NCBI GenBank assembly: GCA_036630325.1
Contig: CP142731.1
Coordinates: forward strand, 1,054,001-1,118,000
DNA length: 64,000 nt
DNA from: Vairimorpha necatrix
Taxonomy: Eukaryota
Direction: 5' to 3'
Shown: positions 49,475 to 60,368 of the stretch, piece after piece
How positions within the stretch are numbered: the first letter of the stretch is position 1
How the letters are laid out: every line of letters starts with the position of its first letter
Notes under the pieces: generated by a model
Seen by the model: only the letters and a program-made list of their open reading frames with translations
Database searches by the model: none
Told to the model about the DNA's origin: nothing
Made by a program: the position numbers and the translations under genes

Positions 49475-52288
49475 TTAATTATCAATCCTCTCTAGTTTTT
49501 CTCTCTTATATTTATACCAGAATTCCATATCTTCCATACTTGTTATATTATTGTCTACTATCCTGCTTATAAATAATTCTATATCTTCTATCTTGTCATA
49601 CTGACACTCACAGCACAGTGGAAGTCCCGAGACTACTTTCTTCAGTCTACTAATAAATATCTTTATTATACTTATTTTCATAGAGCTCTTCTTTAATATG
49701 TTTATATTTCTATTAAAGAAGTCTATGAATATTGGTATACTCGTAGAGAGTAGATTTATAATCCACAGAGAGTAGTTTACTACTTCTTTATTGTTTAGTT
49801 CTTCGCTCTTTAAAATTAAATATATTAGTCTATTGTCTAAGTTGGAGACAGTGACTAAGTCACTGTCTCTTAGACATTTACCAGTAGAAATATGCCTTTT
49901 TATGACTGCCTGGTTTAGAATGAATTTTGAGGATGAGTAGAAATGGAATAATTTAGTAGTGTCATTTATAGAATATTTCTCAATATAATGAACTTTATAG
50001 TCCTTAATATTTAACACGTTATTATCTGATGCATTATTTCTTGATACATTTTTCTTTTTTTCATCATCTTTGCTATCTGTTAGATTATTCGTATTTATAT
50101 TTAACTTATCTAAATCTTCTTCAATTTTATCTAATCCAATTTCAATTTCATCTGATTTTGTTTCGGTTTTGTTTATTTGTACTGTATAATTAAACATATC
50201 TTCTTCTTTCTGTATACTTATCATCGTATAGAATGAGTCTTCACTCCTGTCATCTATCTCTTTAAATAAGTCTATTACTTCTCTATTTATATATCTCGGG
50301 TTTGTTCCTAATACTTCTCTTAATATCTTGATTTTATATTGACTCTTTCTCAATAATCCTATATTAATCTTCTTACTCATCAAATATACTTGTCTTTCAT
50401 ATTCTAAATTATTAATACTACTAATATTCTCTATATTATTCTCTATCATCTGAAATATTACGTCATTCTTATCTTCGGGGTACAGTACTTGTAGTATCTC
50501 CAGATTCTCTGTACTTAATTTCTTCTTTATAATCTCATTCAGAATATTCTTATATTTCTTAGTCTTCATATTTAGGAATATTCTGTATATTTCTATGTCT
50601 CCCTTATGTGATAAATAATATCTGAAGATATTTAAGAATCTGTAAGAATCAGACTTGTTATATTTGAGATATAGAGGGAGATAATCAAATGAGGAATATC
50701 TACACAAGTCTAAGAACTTCTCATGAGAGATATTCAATAAAGAATCTGAAGATACTAGAGATTTATCCATAAGATAAATATTAATATTATTATTACTAGT
50801 CTGTATTTCTAATTTATCTTCTTGATTTATAAGGGTCAATATCTTAGTGTAAATCTCATAATTAAAAAGAGATGTCTCATTTTTCTCTGGGAATTTGATC
50901 TTACTTGATTTTATACTATTGTAAAGATCTTGCATTTTTATATCTTCTGGTATTTCTGACACATCGAAATCTGACAAATATTCCTCAAAAGAGGGTTTAC
51001 TTTTAATATGCGGATTATACATTTTAGTATTCAGGAGAAGAAGAGAGAAACAGAGATTTAAGATAAATTTGGGCTCATAAGAAGAAAATGAGACAAAATG
51101 AGCAGTGAATATCTCCAGTACCCTGTGGACTATCTGGGACTCGCCTACTAAATAAAAGCCACTTAGGTATAGTCGAAGGGCCACGAGAACATTCATATTT
51201 GTGAAATCGAAAGTGGAAGTGAATTCTTTAAGAAAATCAATGTTTTTGAGACTACAGAGAAATTCGCCCAAAATTCTGAGATTTGTAAGGGGGTGGTATC
51301 TTAAAATTAGCCAGGATGTCTTCCCGTATATTTTATATAACCCAGATATGTCTCGTGTGTCATTAAATAATTCCACATAAGAAATATCTAATTTATAATC
51401 TTTTTCTTTAATATTTTCTAGGCTATTTGATTTTTCTATTTCTTTTTTGGATTTGTAATATTGAATTTTACAATTCTCATCCATGTAAATATTGGATCTG
51501 TAGTTTATATTAGACTTATAATCTAGGTTGGAGTCTGTGTTAGAGTCATCTTTGATTTTATTCTGGTTCTTCTTAAATTCTGATATTATCTCTGAGTAAT
51601 TCAACTCACTGAAATATTTAAAACACAAGTCACTGTAAATCTCGTCTCTATCAAAATTATAATACAAAAATCCCAATATATTCTCATCTAAACTTCTAAT
51701 ATACCACTTAGGGATCTCATCATAAAACCCTTGTAACAAATACTTACTCTTACTATTCTCTAATAACAAACATGACACATCTTTAATCATAAACACATAT
51801 TTAACATTACACTCATCTAAAACAAGTCTATATTTCATATTATCATCTTTCAAATTATAAATCGCCCTATCAAGAAACTCAGGATAGAAAACTAAGAATT
51901 TCTGGAAATATTTGAATATTTCATTACTAATGGCATAAGAAAACATAGAACTATTCAGAAGAATAATAAATCTCTCAAAAAGTGGATAACTAATATCTGG
52001 ATAAGTACTTTTTGTAAGTACTTGGAAATATTTGAGAATGACTTGGTCTGTGTCTTTTTCCCCTGGGAAGAACTTCAAGTTGACTATTAAGTGCAATATG
52101 TCCAGATCTTCGTGTTCTGACAATTCGTAAATTGACAGAAAATTGAACATGTCTGTGTTTGTGTATGCGTTTATGCTGAAAATTTGTTTAAATAGTTTTT
52201 TTTCTGAGTTTGTTTGTTTGTATAAAATATCAAGAAATTCCTTATTTTGGGATTTTAGATCGTGTAATAAGATTTTAAGTTTGTTCAT
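49475..52288 (-). CDS. Sec7-domain ARF guanine-nucleotide exchange factor
   Basis: LGEFL...FDFTNMNVLVALRLYLSGFYLVGESQIVHRVLEIF...FSLLLLNTKMYNP is a Sec7 domain with the catalytic Glu. True start is likely ATG 52288 after TTTTTACCCC. Confidence 0.92.
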   Translation of the reverse strand: MNKLKILLHDLKSQNKEFLDILYKQTNSEKKLFKQIFSINAYTNTDMFNFLSIYELSEHEDLDILHLIVNLKFFPGEKDTDQVILKYFQVLTKSTYPDISYPLFERFIILLNSSMFSYAISNEIFKYFQKFLVFYPEFLDRAIYNLKDDNMKYRLVLDECNVKYVFMIKDVSCLLLENSKSKYLLQGFYDEIPKWYIRSLDENILGFLYYNFDRDEIYSDLCFKYFSELNYSEIISEFKKNQNKIKDDSNTDSNLDYKSNINYRSNIYMDENCKIQYYKSKKEIEKSNSLENIKEKDYKLDISYVELFNDTRDISGLYKIYGKTSWLILRYHPLTNLRILGEFLCSLKNIDFLKEFTSTFDFTNMNVLVALRLYLSGFYLVGESQIVHRVLEIFTAHFVSFSSYEPKFILNLCFSLLLLNTKMYNPHIKSKPSFEEYLSDFDVSEIPEDIKMQDLYNSIKSSKIKFPEKNETSLFNYEIYTKILTLINQEDKLEIQTSNNNINIYLMDKSLVSSDSLLNISHEKFLDLCRYSSFDYLPLYLKYNKSDSYRFLNIFRYYLSHKGDIEIYRIFLNMKTKKYKNILNEIIKKKLSTENLEILQVLYPEDKNDVIFQMIENNIENISSINNLEYERQVYLMSKKINIGLLRKSQYKIKILREVLGTNPRYINREVIDLFKEIDDRSEDSFYTMISIQKEEDMFNYTVQINKTETKSDEIEIGLDKIEEDLDKLNINTNNLTDSKDDEKKKNVSRNNASDNNVLNIKDYKVHYIEKYSINDTTKLFHFYSSSKFILNQAVIKRHISTGKCLRDSDLVTVSNLDNRLIYLILKSEELNNKEVVNYSLWIINLLSTSIPIFIDFFNRNINILKKSSMKISIIKIFISRLKKVVSGLPLCCECQYDKIEDIELFISRIVDNNITSMEDMEFWYKYKREKLERIDN

Positions 52289-52390
52289 GGGGTAAAAATC
52301 CAAAAAAAATATAAATAATAATATCTAATGTCTTAATAATATTAAGTATGTATAAAGTAATTTGCTGTTGTAATTTTTATACTAGTGTTA

Positions 52391-52612
52391 TTTTTTATTT
52401 TTTTAAATTTGCTAAATTTAGCCAATCTTTGTTTTTTAAAATTTTGCTTTTTTTTATTTTTTTAAATTTGCTAAATTTAGCCAATCTTTGTTTTTTAAAA
52501 TTTTGCTTTTTTATTATTTTTTTAAATTTGCTAAATTTAGCCAGTCTTTGTTTTTATAGAATTTTGCTTTTTTTTAGTTTTTTTAAATTTTGCTTTTTTT
52601 TCTAAATTTTGC
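52391..52612. repeat. ~53-bp tandem repeat (3 copies plus a partial)
   Basis: TTTTTTAAATTTGCTAAATTTAGCCAATCTTTGTTTTTTAAAATTTTGC units. Confidence 0.92.
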
Positions 52613-52622
52613 GCAATGTCCA

Positions 52623-52672
52623 TACAAGTAATATTTGCTTACAAGTAATATTTGCTTACAAATAATGTGCTT
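52623..52672. repeat. 17-bp tandem repeat TACAAGTAATATTTGCT (2 copies plus a degenerate third)
   Basis: Read directly from the sequence. Confidence 0.85.
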
Positions 52673-52708
52673 CTTTTTAGTTAATTAATTTATTTTTTAT
52701 CCCTCTAA

Positions 52709-53125
52709 ATGTCCTTTATAAATAAATTAACTAACATCACTTCAAAATATCACTCATCAGTCATGGATCACTTTAATAATCCCAGAAATATAGGCTCTCT
52801 AGACAAGAAAGACTCTTCTGTCGGCACTGGGATAGTAGGAGCCCCTGCTTGTGGAGATGTCATGAAATTACAAATAAAAGTCAATAAAGACAATGTCATA
52901 GAAGATGCTAAGTTTAAGACATTTGGCTGTGGGTCGGCCATAGCCTCAAGTAGCTTGGCCACTGAGTGGATCAAAGGGAAATCTATTGACGAGTCATTGA
53001 AGATTACAAACAGGGAGATAGCTAGTAAACTGAATCTGCCTCCTATAAAACTGCATTGTTCAATGTTAGCAGAAGAAGCGATAAAAGGCGCTATAAAGGA
53101 TTATCATGAGAAAAATAAAAGATGA
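52709..53125 (+). CDS. ISU1: Fe-S cluster scaffold protein Isu1/IscU (mitosomal)
   Basis: YH..VMDHFNNPRNIG, GAPACGDVMKLQI, FKTFGCGSAIASSS, LPPIKLHCSMLAE. Confidence 0.98.
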   Translation: MSFINKLTNITSKYHSSVMDHFNNPRNIGSLDKKDSSVGTGIVGAPACGDVMKLQIKVNKDNVIEDAKFKTFGCGSAIASSSLATEWIKGKSIDESLKITNREIASKLNLPPIKLHCSMLAEEAIKGAIKDYHEKNKR

Positions 53126-53329
53126 ATAAATAATAACATTACTTGGAATGAATAAATATTTTCTATTAGTTTATAATTTTTATTTTGAATTTGTTTATTA
53201 AAATACAAATTACAAAACAATACATATCTAAGTTACCTACGAGCTTATTACACTAAGAGCCCATTATATTATTAAAAACTCATAGTAAACATTTTTTTAA
53301 AAATCATAATTTTTTTATATCCCTTTGTA

Positions 53330-53827
53330 ATGGACAATATCTTCTATGTAGACCATATTTTTATTTCTAATCATCAACTCACTCCTCAAAACATCATCAC
53401 CTATTTCTCTACATCGCCATTTTACGATAAATCGTCAATTAACGAAATATTAAAAATGCAAAACCAATACAGAGGAATAGATATTTCAAACGAAGAAGTA
53501 ACAAAATATAAGGGAATGTATTACATTCTGGAATCTAATACGCCTGATAACACATTATTTGTAATAAAACAAGCACTAAACGAAAAAGATCAAAATATTA
53601 ATTTGTCTTTTTACTACGTGATACACGGGTTTATTTATAAAGCGCCTAGTAATCATAAAATTTATAATACGAGAATAAACGATATATATTTCTATTTAAA
53701 TGAAATTATGGATTTTTACTTTAAAAAACTGTTTATAGAAGAAAAATGTGAAGAAAAACGGGATGAAAAGGATAATGATGAAGTAAATCGAGATGTTATT
53801 ATAAAATTTAATAAAATGTATGAATGA
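53330..53827 (+). CDS. MED6: Mediator complex subunit 6
   Basis: NIITYFSTSPFYDKSSINEILKMQ, LFVIKQ and YYVIHGFIYKAP match Med6 signature blocks. Confidence 0.88.
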   Translation: MDNIFYVDHIFISNHQLTPQNIITYFSTSPFYDKSSINEILKMQNQYRGIDISNEEVTKYKGMYYILESNTPDNTLFVIKQALNEKDQNINLSFYYVIHGFIYKAPSNHKIYNTRINDIYFYLNEIMDFYFKKLFIEEKCEEKRDEKDNDEVNRDVIIKFNKMYE

Positions 53828-54930
53828 TAAAAAAAATTTAGAAATTTTTTAACAACACTTTTTTTAGACTAATAATGAGATTAAAATTTTTATTATTTAA
53901 AAAATTAAAAAAACATTTAAAAATATCTATTTAAGTTTTAATAATATTTTTAGACCAGGCGCATTAGATTTTAGGACTTGTATTTAAATTATTATTTGCT
54001 TGATCTTCATTTAAGTTTTTTTTCTAAAAGATTTGCTATATTCTTAATTATGAGCTAATATTCAGCTGTATATTCAAACTTTGCCTTTTGGTTTAATAAT
54101 TTAAAAATAGACATTTTTTAATATAAAATTTGTTATAAAAAAGCAAATGAAACTTGAAAATAAAACTTATAGTCAGCTATTTGCAAATCCTAAAGCTGAT
54201 TCTTGAATAATTGCTAAAATAACTTACTATTTGCAAGTACTCTTTTTATCTATCGCGTCATCATAAGTATTTTCCTTTATAAATATTCATCTAAAAAAAC
54301 GTATCATATTCATAAAACCCCAAATATTTGTTTTTATTTAAATCAAAGTATTATTGTTTTTTTATAATTTTTGATCATAGAATAAATATCAAAAATCAGT
54401 CTAAAGGTCGCTTTATTACTTTTTTTCCTGGGGTTTTAGTTAAAAATCTAAATTAATTTCTGTAGCTAAATTATTTTTTATGTTTAAGGAAAAATGTTTT
54501 TATAAAAATTATTATAGATGCGTACAACAAGACATATGGTTATTAGATACAGACCAGTGGTTATTTGAAGCTCTTTTTTAAAAATTGTTAATTAATTTTA
54601 TCGAAATCTTCGTTATTAAGGCAAGTTATTGAATTTTATTGAGAATTCGTATTTGGATATTTTTTGCTCAATTCATTTATAAATTTTTGTGAAATTTATT
54701 ATTCTATGTATTTAGTTTGAATGATGCAGCCAAATATAGCATAGTTACAAGATAATTCAAGAAAAATATAATATGGGAAGAGTTTTTTTATACATTAAAA
54801 GGTTGCAAAAAAGTACTTTATTTCTCAATTATTTTGAATGAGATTAAAACAATAAAGAATGTATTTATTTATCATAATGGGGGTAAAAATTATCAAAATA
54901 TATAACATCCCCCCTCCAAGACGGTTAGTC

Positions 54931-57900
54931 TCACTTTATCCTTAACCCAAGCAGACTTTTTAGATCATAGTGCCTTTTCTTTACATATCTTCCATTTACT
55001 AACTTAACTATATAAGAATCATTGCCACATCTCTCTATAATTTTCCCACTCTCTAAAAACCTACCTTTCGAATATTTATCCGCACCTTTCAAGTTTTCCT
55101 TCTTAGCTACTCTCACATACTCACCTACTTTAAATTTTTCCCGTTTCCCCCTGTTAAACAGTTTTCCATATTTCCCTTGTGGGCTATTTTCAATCATTAC
55201 ATGTCCAGTTTTATCCTCTGTCGCTTCTATTGGTGTACATTTTAGTGCCGTGTGGTAACTCATATTATATTTTTCAATGCTTCCCATGACCTTCTCTGCA
55301 AATGTACCTTCTTTAGTCTTCAGAATGCTCTCTCGCAGCGTACCTATAACCCTCTCGACTCTGCCATTACTCCTGTGTGATTCGACACTTACTTTCCTAT
55401 GTTTAATTTCTAGTCTGTTACACAACTCTCTAAACCCCTCATTGATAAATTCTCGCCCATTATCCGTTATAATCTCTTCGGGCTTTTTTCCTTGTTCACA
55501 CAACTTACTTAAAAATTCTGTCACATTCTTTCCAGTCTTGTTCTCCATTACCGTGCCCCATACTCTTCGAGTGTAATAATCTATCGCAACCAATACGTAT
55601 TTACCTGCGTCTCTAAAATCAATGAGATCCAAAGCAACCTTTTCTAAATAACGTGTAGTATCTACAAACTCACATCCACCGAGTCTTTTTCTATTATATA
55701 TTTGACATTGTACACACTTTCGAATTGTCTCATTTATGTCCTTCTTTATTCCGGGCCAATAAAATCTTTCCCGCATCGCGTAATATACACTTGTCATACA
55801 TCTATGTCCAACTTTTTCGTGGTATTCCTGCATCAAACTTTCCCTTGACCCTTCTGGTGGTATCTCGACTTTCCGTCCTGAATCAAATCTCCAATATTTT
55901 TTTCCTTCTGCGTCATCGACGTGCGCTTTCCATTTACCCTCTATCTGCTTGGCGGTCCTTTCTCTGATTTTCTTTTTCTTTTCATCGTCTTCCATATGTA
56001 TCCTGCTTAACGCGTCAGCCACCACCATTTCTTCTGGTTTCTTATATTCTATGGTGAAGTCAAATTCCTGGATCTTTTCAATCCATCTATTTATTCTATT
56101 GTTATTAAAACACGGTTTATTTCTAATCTCAACCAAGGCTTTATGGTCCGTCTCGATTTTAAACTTCCTACCGCGCAACTCGTATTCAAATCTTTTTATC
56201 CCCCAAAATACCGCGTACATTTCTTTCTCCGATATAGTATATCTGGTCTCTGTAGGTGTTAACTTTTTTGAACTCCATTGGATTGCTACCCATTCATCTT
56301 TATCGTTCTTCTGAAGTAACACGGCTCCTATCCCTACATTGCTCGCGTCCGTTCTCAATATAAATTCCTTCCTATAATCAGGCAATCTAAGTTTCCCCAT
56401 CGCTCTCAAAACTTCTTTCAGCTCTAAAAACTCTCTATTCATTTCAACCGTCCATTCCCACCTCTTATCTTTACCTCTCAAGCTATCTGTCAGATGAATA
56501 GTTAATCCCGCGTAATTCTTTATAAAGTTCCTAAACCATCCTGTCATTCCTAGGAATCTTCGTGTTTCACTTACACTTGTCGGCTGCGGGAATTCCAACG
56601 CCTCGTTCTTCTTTATTTCATTCGCTTCAATATCTGTACCATTCAATGTGACTCCTAAGAGCTTAACTAACTGTTGGCTAAACTGTATCTTCTCAATATT
56701 CAATCTCATTTTATGTCTTTTTAATCTTTCCAATGCTTCTATAACTAGCTTGTCATGCCTTCTTTTAGTTCTAGCGTGTATAACGATGTCGTCCATATAT
56801 ACCTCCACTCCTTCTCCTTGTAAATCTTCAAATATTTGGTTCATTATTCGTTGTAAAATCTGCGGGGAATTTTCATATCCCATTACCATACTGTTCCATT
56901 CATATACCTTTCTGTTAAATTCAAAGGCCGTTTTGTGCTTATCCTCTTCTTCAATCTCTACGTGGTAAAAGCCTTCCTTCAGATCTATAACGGTAAACCA
57001 TTTAGACCCCTGTGTGGCTCTAACAATGTCCCTAATATTTGACAACTCATACGGATCTTTTTCAACTAAGTCATTTAAACTCATTAGATTACTTACAAGC
57101 CTTACTCCTCCGTTAGGTTTTACTATAGCTCTAATTGGGTTCCTCCACTCGGATGTTGATCTTCTTATAATCTTTCTTTCTTCCAAACTTTTTATATATT
57201 TTTCAGTTTTTTTCATCAACGCCTGTGGGATAGTTTGTCCTCTTTTAACTACTTTTTTCCCTGGTGGCGTCTCAATTTTACATTTCTCTATCTTACAGTG
57301 TACGATCTCTTCCTGCTGTAAGTCGAAAATTTCTCTAAACTTCGCTTTTATATCTTCAATGACAAGGCCCTCTTCTATTCTATCCTCTCTCATTCCTCTC
57401 CTTTTTGAATTTTGTTTACGTTTTGCTTCTCCGCATTTCCTATATTCTTGTGCGCTAAGTTCTGTGCTTGTAGATCCACTCTCTTCATAAACAATTCTAT
57501 ACTTGTTAAAATGTTTATTTTTATTATCTTCTTCTTTCCTCTTCCTTACGAAGCAATCTCTTGCCATGTGCCCAAATCTACCACAGTAAAAACAATCTCT
57601 ACTTCTTACTCTCGTAGTTTCTTCCCTTATTTTTCCTAATGCTCCTCTATTTGCCAGCTCCTCTCGAACTGTTCCTCTAACCGACTCTGCAATTATTTCC
57701 ATCATCTTACTTTTGTCTTCTTCTTCCTTCTTTTTTAATTCGTCCTTTCTAACCTCCTTTTCCATTTCTTCAATAATTAAGGACCAACTATCTTCTTTTT
57801 TAATTCTTTCTACAATAAAGTTCTTTACTTCTTCCGAACCCATTTCATAAATTCTTGCCTTCCATAGAGACTCATCTACTCCATCCAACTCTAGCTTATA

Positions 57901-58002
57901 AACTATTCTTTTAATTTCTTGTAACATTATTCTGGCCTCTTGACCACAGCCATCACTTGTTGACTCTCGATTTGGTATCGCCCCCATGTATTTATTTATC
58001 AT
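54931..58002 (-). CDS. Gag-Pol polyprotein, single intact ORF (1023 aa from ATG 58002)
   Basis: Same domains as copy 1. First ATG lies inside the LTR after CCCCC; a second in-frame ATG at 57987. Confidence 0.95.
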   Translation of the reverse strand: MINKYMGAIPNRESTSDGCGQEARIMLQEIKRIVYKLELDGVDESLWKARIYEMGSEEVKNFIVERIKKEDSWSLIIEEMEKEVRKDELKKKEEEDKSKMMEIIAESVRGTVREELANRGALGKIREETTRVRSRDCFYCGRFGHMARDCFVRKRKEEDNKNKHFNKYRIVYEESGSTSTELSAQEYRKCGEAKRKQNSKRRGMREDRIEEGLVIEDIKAKFREIFDLQQEEIVHCKIEKCKIETPPGKKVVKRGQTIPQALMKKTEKYIKSLEERKIIRRSTSEWRNPIRAIVKPNGGVRLVSNLMSLNDLVEKDPYELSNIRDIVRATQGSKWFTVIDLKEGFYHVEIEEEDKHKTAFEFNRKVYEWNSMVMGYENSPQILQRIMNQIFEDLQGEGVEVYMDDIVIHARTKRRHDKLVIEALERLKRHKMRLNIEKIQFSQQLVKLLGVTLNGTDIEANEIKKNEALEFPQPTSVSETRRFLGMTGWFRNFIKNYAGLTIHLTDSLRGKDKRWEWTVEMNREFLELKEVLRAMGKLRLPDYRKEFILRTDASNVGIGAVLLQKNDKDEWVAIQWSSKKLTPTETRYTISEKEMYAVFWGIKRFEYELRGRKFKIETDHKALVEIRNKPCFNNNRINRWIEKIQEFDFTIEYKKPEEMVVADALSRIHMEDDEKKKKIRERTAKQIEGKWKAHVDDAEGKKYWRFDSGRKVEIPPEGSRESLMQEYHEKVGHRCMTSVYYAMRERFYWPGIKKDINETIRKCVQCQIYNRKRLGGCEFVDTTRYLEKVALDLIDFRDAGKYVLVAIDYYTRRVWGTVMENKTGKNVTEFLSKLCEQGKKPEEIITDNGREFINEGFRELCNRLEIKHRKVSVESHRSNGRVERVIGTLRESILKTKEGTFAEKVMGSIEKYNMSYHTALKCTPIEATEDKTGHVMIENSPQGKYGKLFNRGKREKFKVGEYVRVAKKENLKGADKYSKGRFLESGKIIERCGNDSYIVKLVNGRYVKKRHYDLKSLLGLRIK
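57971..57986 (-). promoter_or_regulatory. Primer-binding site, probably tRNA-Pro
   Basis: TGGGGGC start is as in tRNA-Pro-type PBSs; the host tRNA was not checked. Confidence 0.6.
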
Positions 58003-60368
58003 AATGGGGGTAAAAATTATCAAAATATATAACAAAGAATATATTCTAGTATGTCATGTTTTTGGAATGTTTTTTTGGCAAATTAAAATAAAATTTCAGT
58101 GTGGAAAAAAATAGTTAATTAAATAATTTTTAGAGTTTTAAAATGTTAAAAACATGTAACAAAAAAAAAGAATACGAAACATAACAAAAAGCTATCGGAT
58201 TGTAATGAACCTAATATTTAACTTGTAAGGTAATTGATAAACATTTGTCAATCGTTGTATTGACGTTTAGATATCTAAATCTATATTTATAATGGTGTAA
58301 AAATTTTCGAAATAGAATTATACAACAGCGGCTTGTTTATTTTCATATAGATTTTTGATCTTAGGTTATAAATTAAGTTTGGACGAAAGGATTTCGAAAA
58401 AAATTGGAAATTCTTTGCTTCTTTTTTTCTGCGATGCTACGTGTTAAAAAGTACTACACTAAATATGCATGCGTAATGTAATTGATTGGCTAAAATGATA
58501 AGTACAATTTTTTACAAGCACAGAACTAATGTGAATTGTTATTTTTTTATTAAACCTGAAATATATATATCTTTAAAGTGTTAAAAATTAACTATAAAAA
58601 AACTATTTATCTGCTTCTTGGGCTATAATATTTTTTTTACTTAATTACTTTTTTCTGCATAATTGAAACGACTATAATTTGTGCTATTGCTAGTGCACAT
58701 CATCCTGATCCTTCTATTTCCGATAAAATCATGCTGTCAAGAATTTTCTTACGAATGAGAATTTAATCTACTCAGTATAAATAATAGTATATTTCTATAT
58801 TTTTTTGTGGAACCTTAGATTAACTAAAAAAACCTATGAAAATATATATAGTACAGCACAGATGATATTATTTTCTGTTTTAAAGTTACTTTTAATCATA
58901 CACTTTCAGATTTTTGTGTAAAACTCCTATTCGTAAGCAATCTGTTTATTGTATACAACATAATATGAAGTGGTACTTCCTCGAATAAAAAAAAAGCTTT
59001 GCTGTAAGTTATGAAACTTAATATTACTTACAATATGGTACTAGTAGAAAATTTTTATTTTATCTCTGAAATCTAAAAAAAAAACAATTAGTATTAAATT
59101 TACAACATATAAAAGGTCTTAATAGTATGTGTAATTTCGGTATGGTGATTACATAGACACCCCTTTTGGAATCTTTTATTTTTTAATATTCAAAATTAAA
59201 TTTCAGAATGGGAGAACAAGAATAAGACGATCATTATAGAGCACTTGTATTATTAAAAATCTAATCGGAACTTTTAATCATGTCATGTAACTAAATAATA
59301 GCACATGCACTTATTTGACCTGATATTATAAATTTTTTGTCGACTCAAACAATTTGTAAATGTGAAGTATATGTATAACTCTTCTACTTAAGACCGTATT
59401 CTTTTAAAATTTTCTTTAAATTAAAAATGCATTATTAGCAAAAAAAAAACCATAAATAATGGAAAAAATTAGATCAATAAAGCCATAGGCCATGTATTTA
59501 ATAAGAGTCTCGACATGGGCCATAAGTGACTGTATTCTATAGTAATCATATGATAAAAACTTAGTTGGTAATTCTCATCCCACCTTGCGTCCAATTTTTA
59601 CAACTTTAATTTTTAGATTACAAAAAAATAAACATCTCCACAATTGTTTATTAGCATCCCTACCCTTGGAAAACTTTATAAGAGTACGATAGTAGGTAAT
59701 TTAATACTAACAAAATTTATGTTTGTTTATATATATCTTTTGGCGTGTAAATTGCGCCGATTCCGTTCATATTTGTAACGTTTTAAAAACACCATTGAGT
59801 GAAATTAAGTATTCGAATAAAATGCCGCTTTTATTATAGGTTTGTTTCAATATTTATTCAGCTGTGCTTGTGTGTATCAACTTTGTAAATTTAATTTTAA
59901 TTAAAACTAAGTATTTTTAAATAAAATGCTGTTTTTATCTTACCAAGAACATAGCATTTCTTCCCTCGATGTAATATTAACTGTTGCGGTCTATGATAAG
60001 CAATCACTTTGAAATTATTAATATTCTTCTTAAATTCAACATTTTCAATTTTACTACTATCATATGTTAATATTAGACTACAAAAAGCACTTTTGTTACT
60101 TTTTGCATAATTTTTTAGCATCAACAATGTTAATTGCGTTTATTGTGTATTTTAATACTATTTTCTGCATGGACGTGGCAGAAGTTTTATGACGATTGTC
60201 TTTAATTGTATAATATTATGAACATCCGCAATAACATAATTGCGTCTGTTAAAATACTTTTCGATCACAAAATTAACATTAGATTCAACCGTTTTTTTAC
60301 AAACCGTTTAAAGATCTAGGTAACGTTTCAAAAAATACTCATATAAACTTTAAAATTTATTAAAAACT

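Larger units (their letters stand above)
54860..58034 (-). mobile_element. Complete Ty3/gypsy LTR retrotransposon, copy 2 (3175 bp)
   Basis: Identical 48-bp LTRs (54860-54907 and 57987-58034), 5-bp TSD AAGAA (54855-54859 and 58035-58039), PBS TGGGGGCGATACC directly after the 5' LTR, PPT at 54908-54917. Confidence 0.98.

Noticed and set aside
52348..52605. 85-aa ORF
   Set aside because: Translation of the 53-bp tandem repeat.
55877..55891. RFDSG as the missing protease active site
   Set aside because: It lies between RNase H and integrase, without retropepsin context or room for the fold.
58003..58035. ORF-track start at 58035 (also 6631 and 52303)
   Set aside because: TTG starts, some crossing element boundaries; the ATGs after CCC/GGG motifs are preferred.
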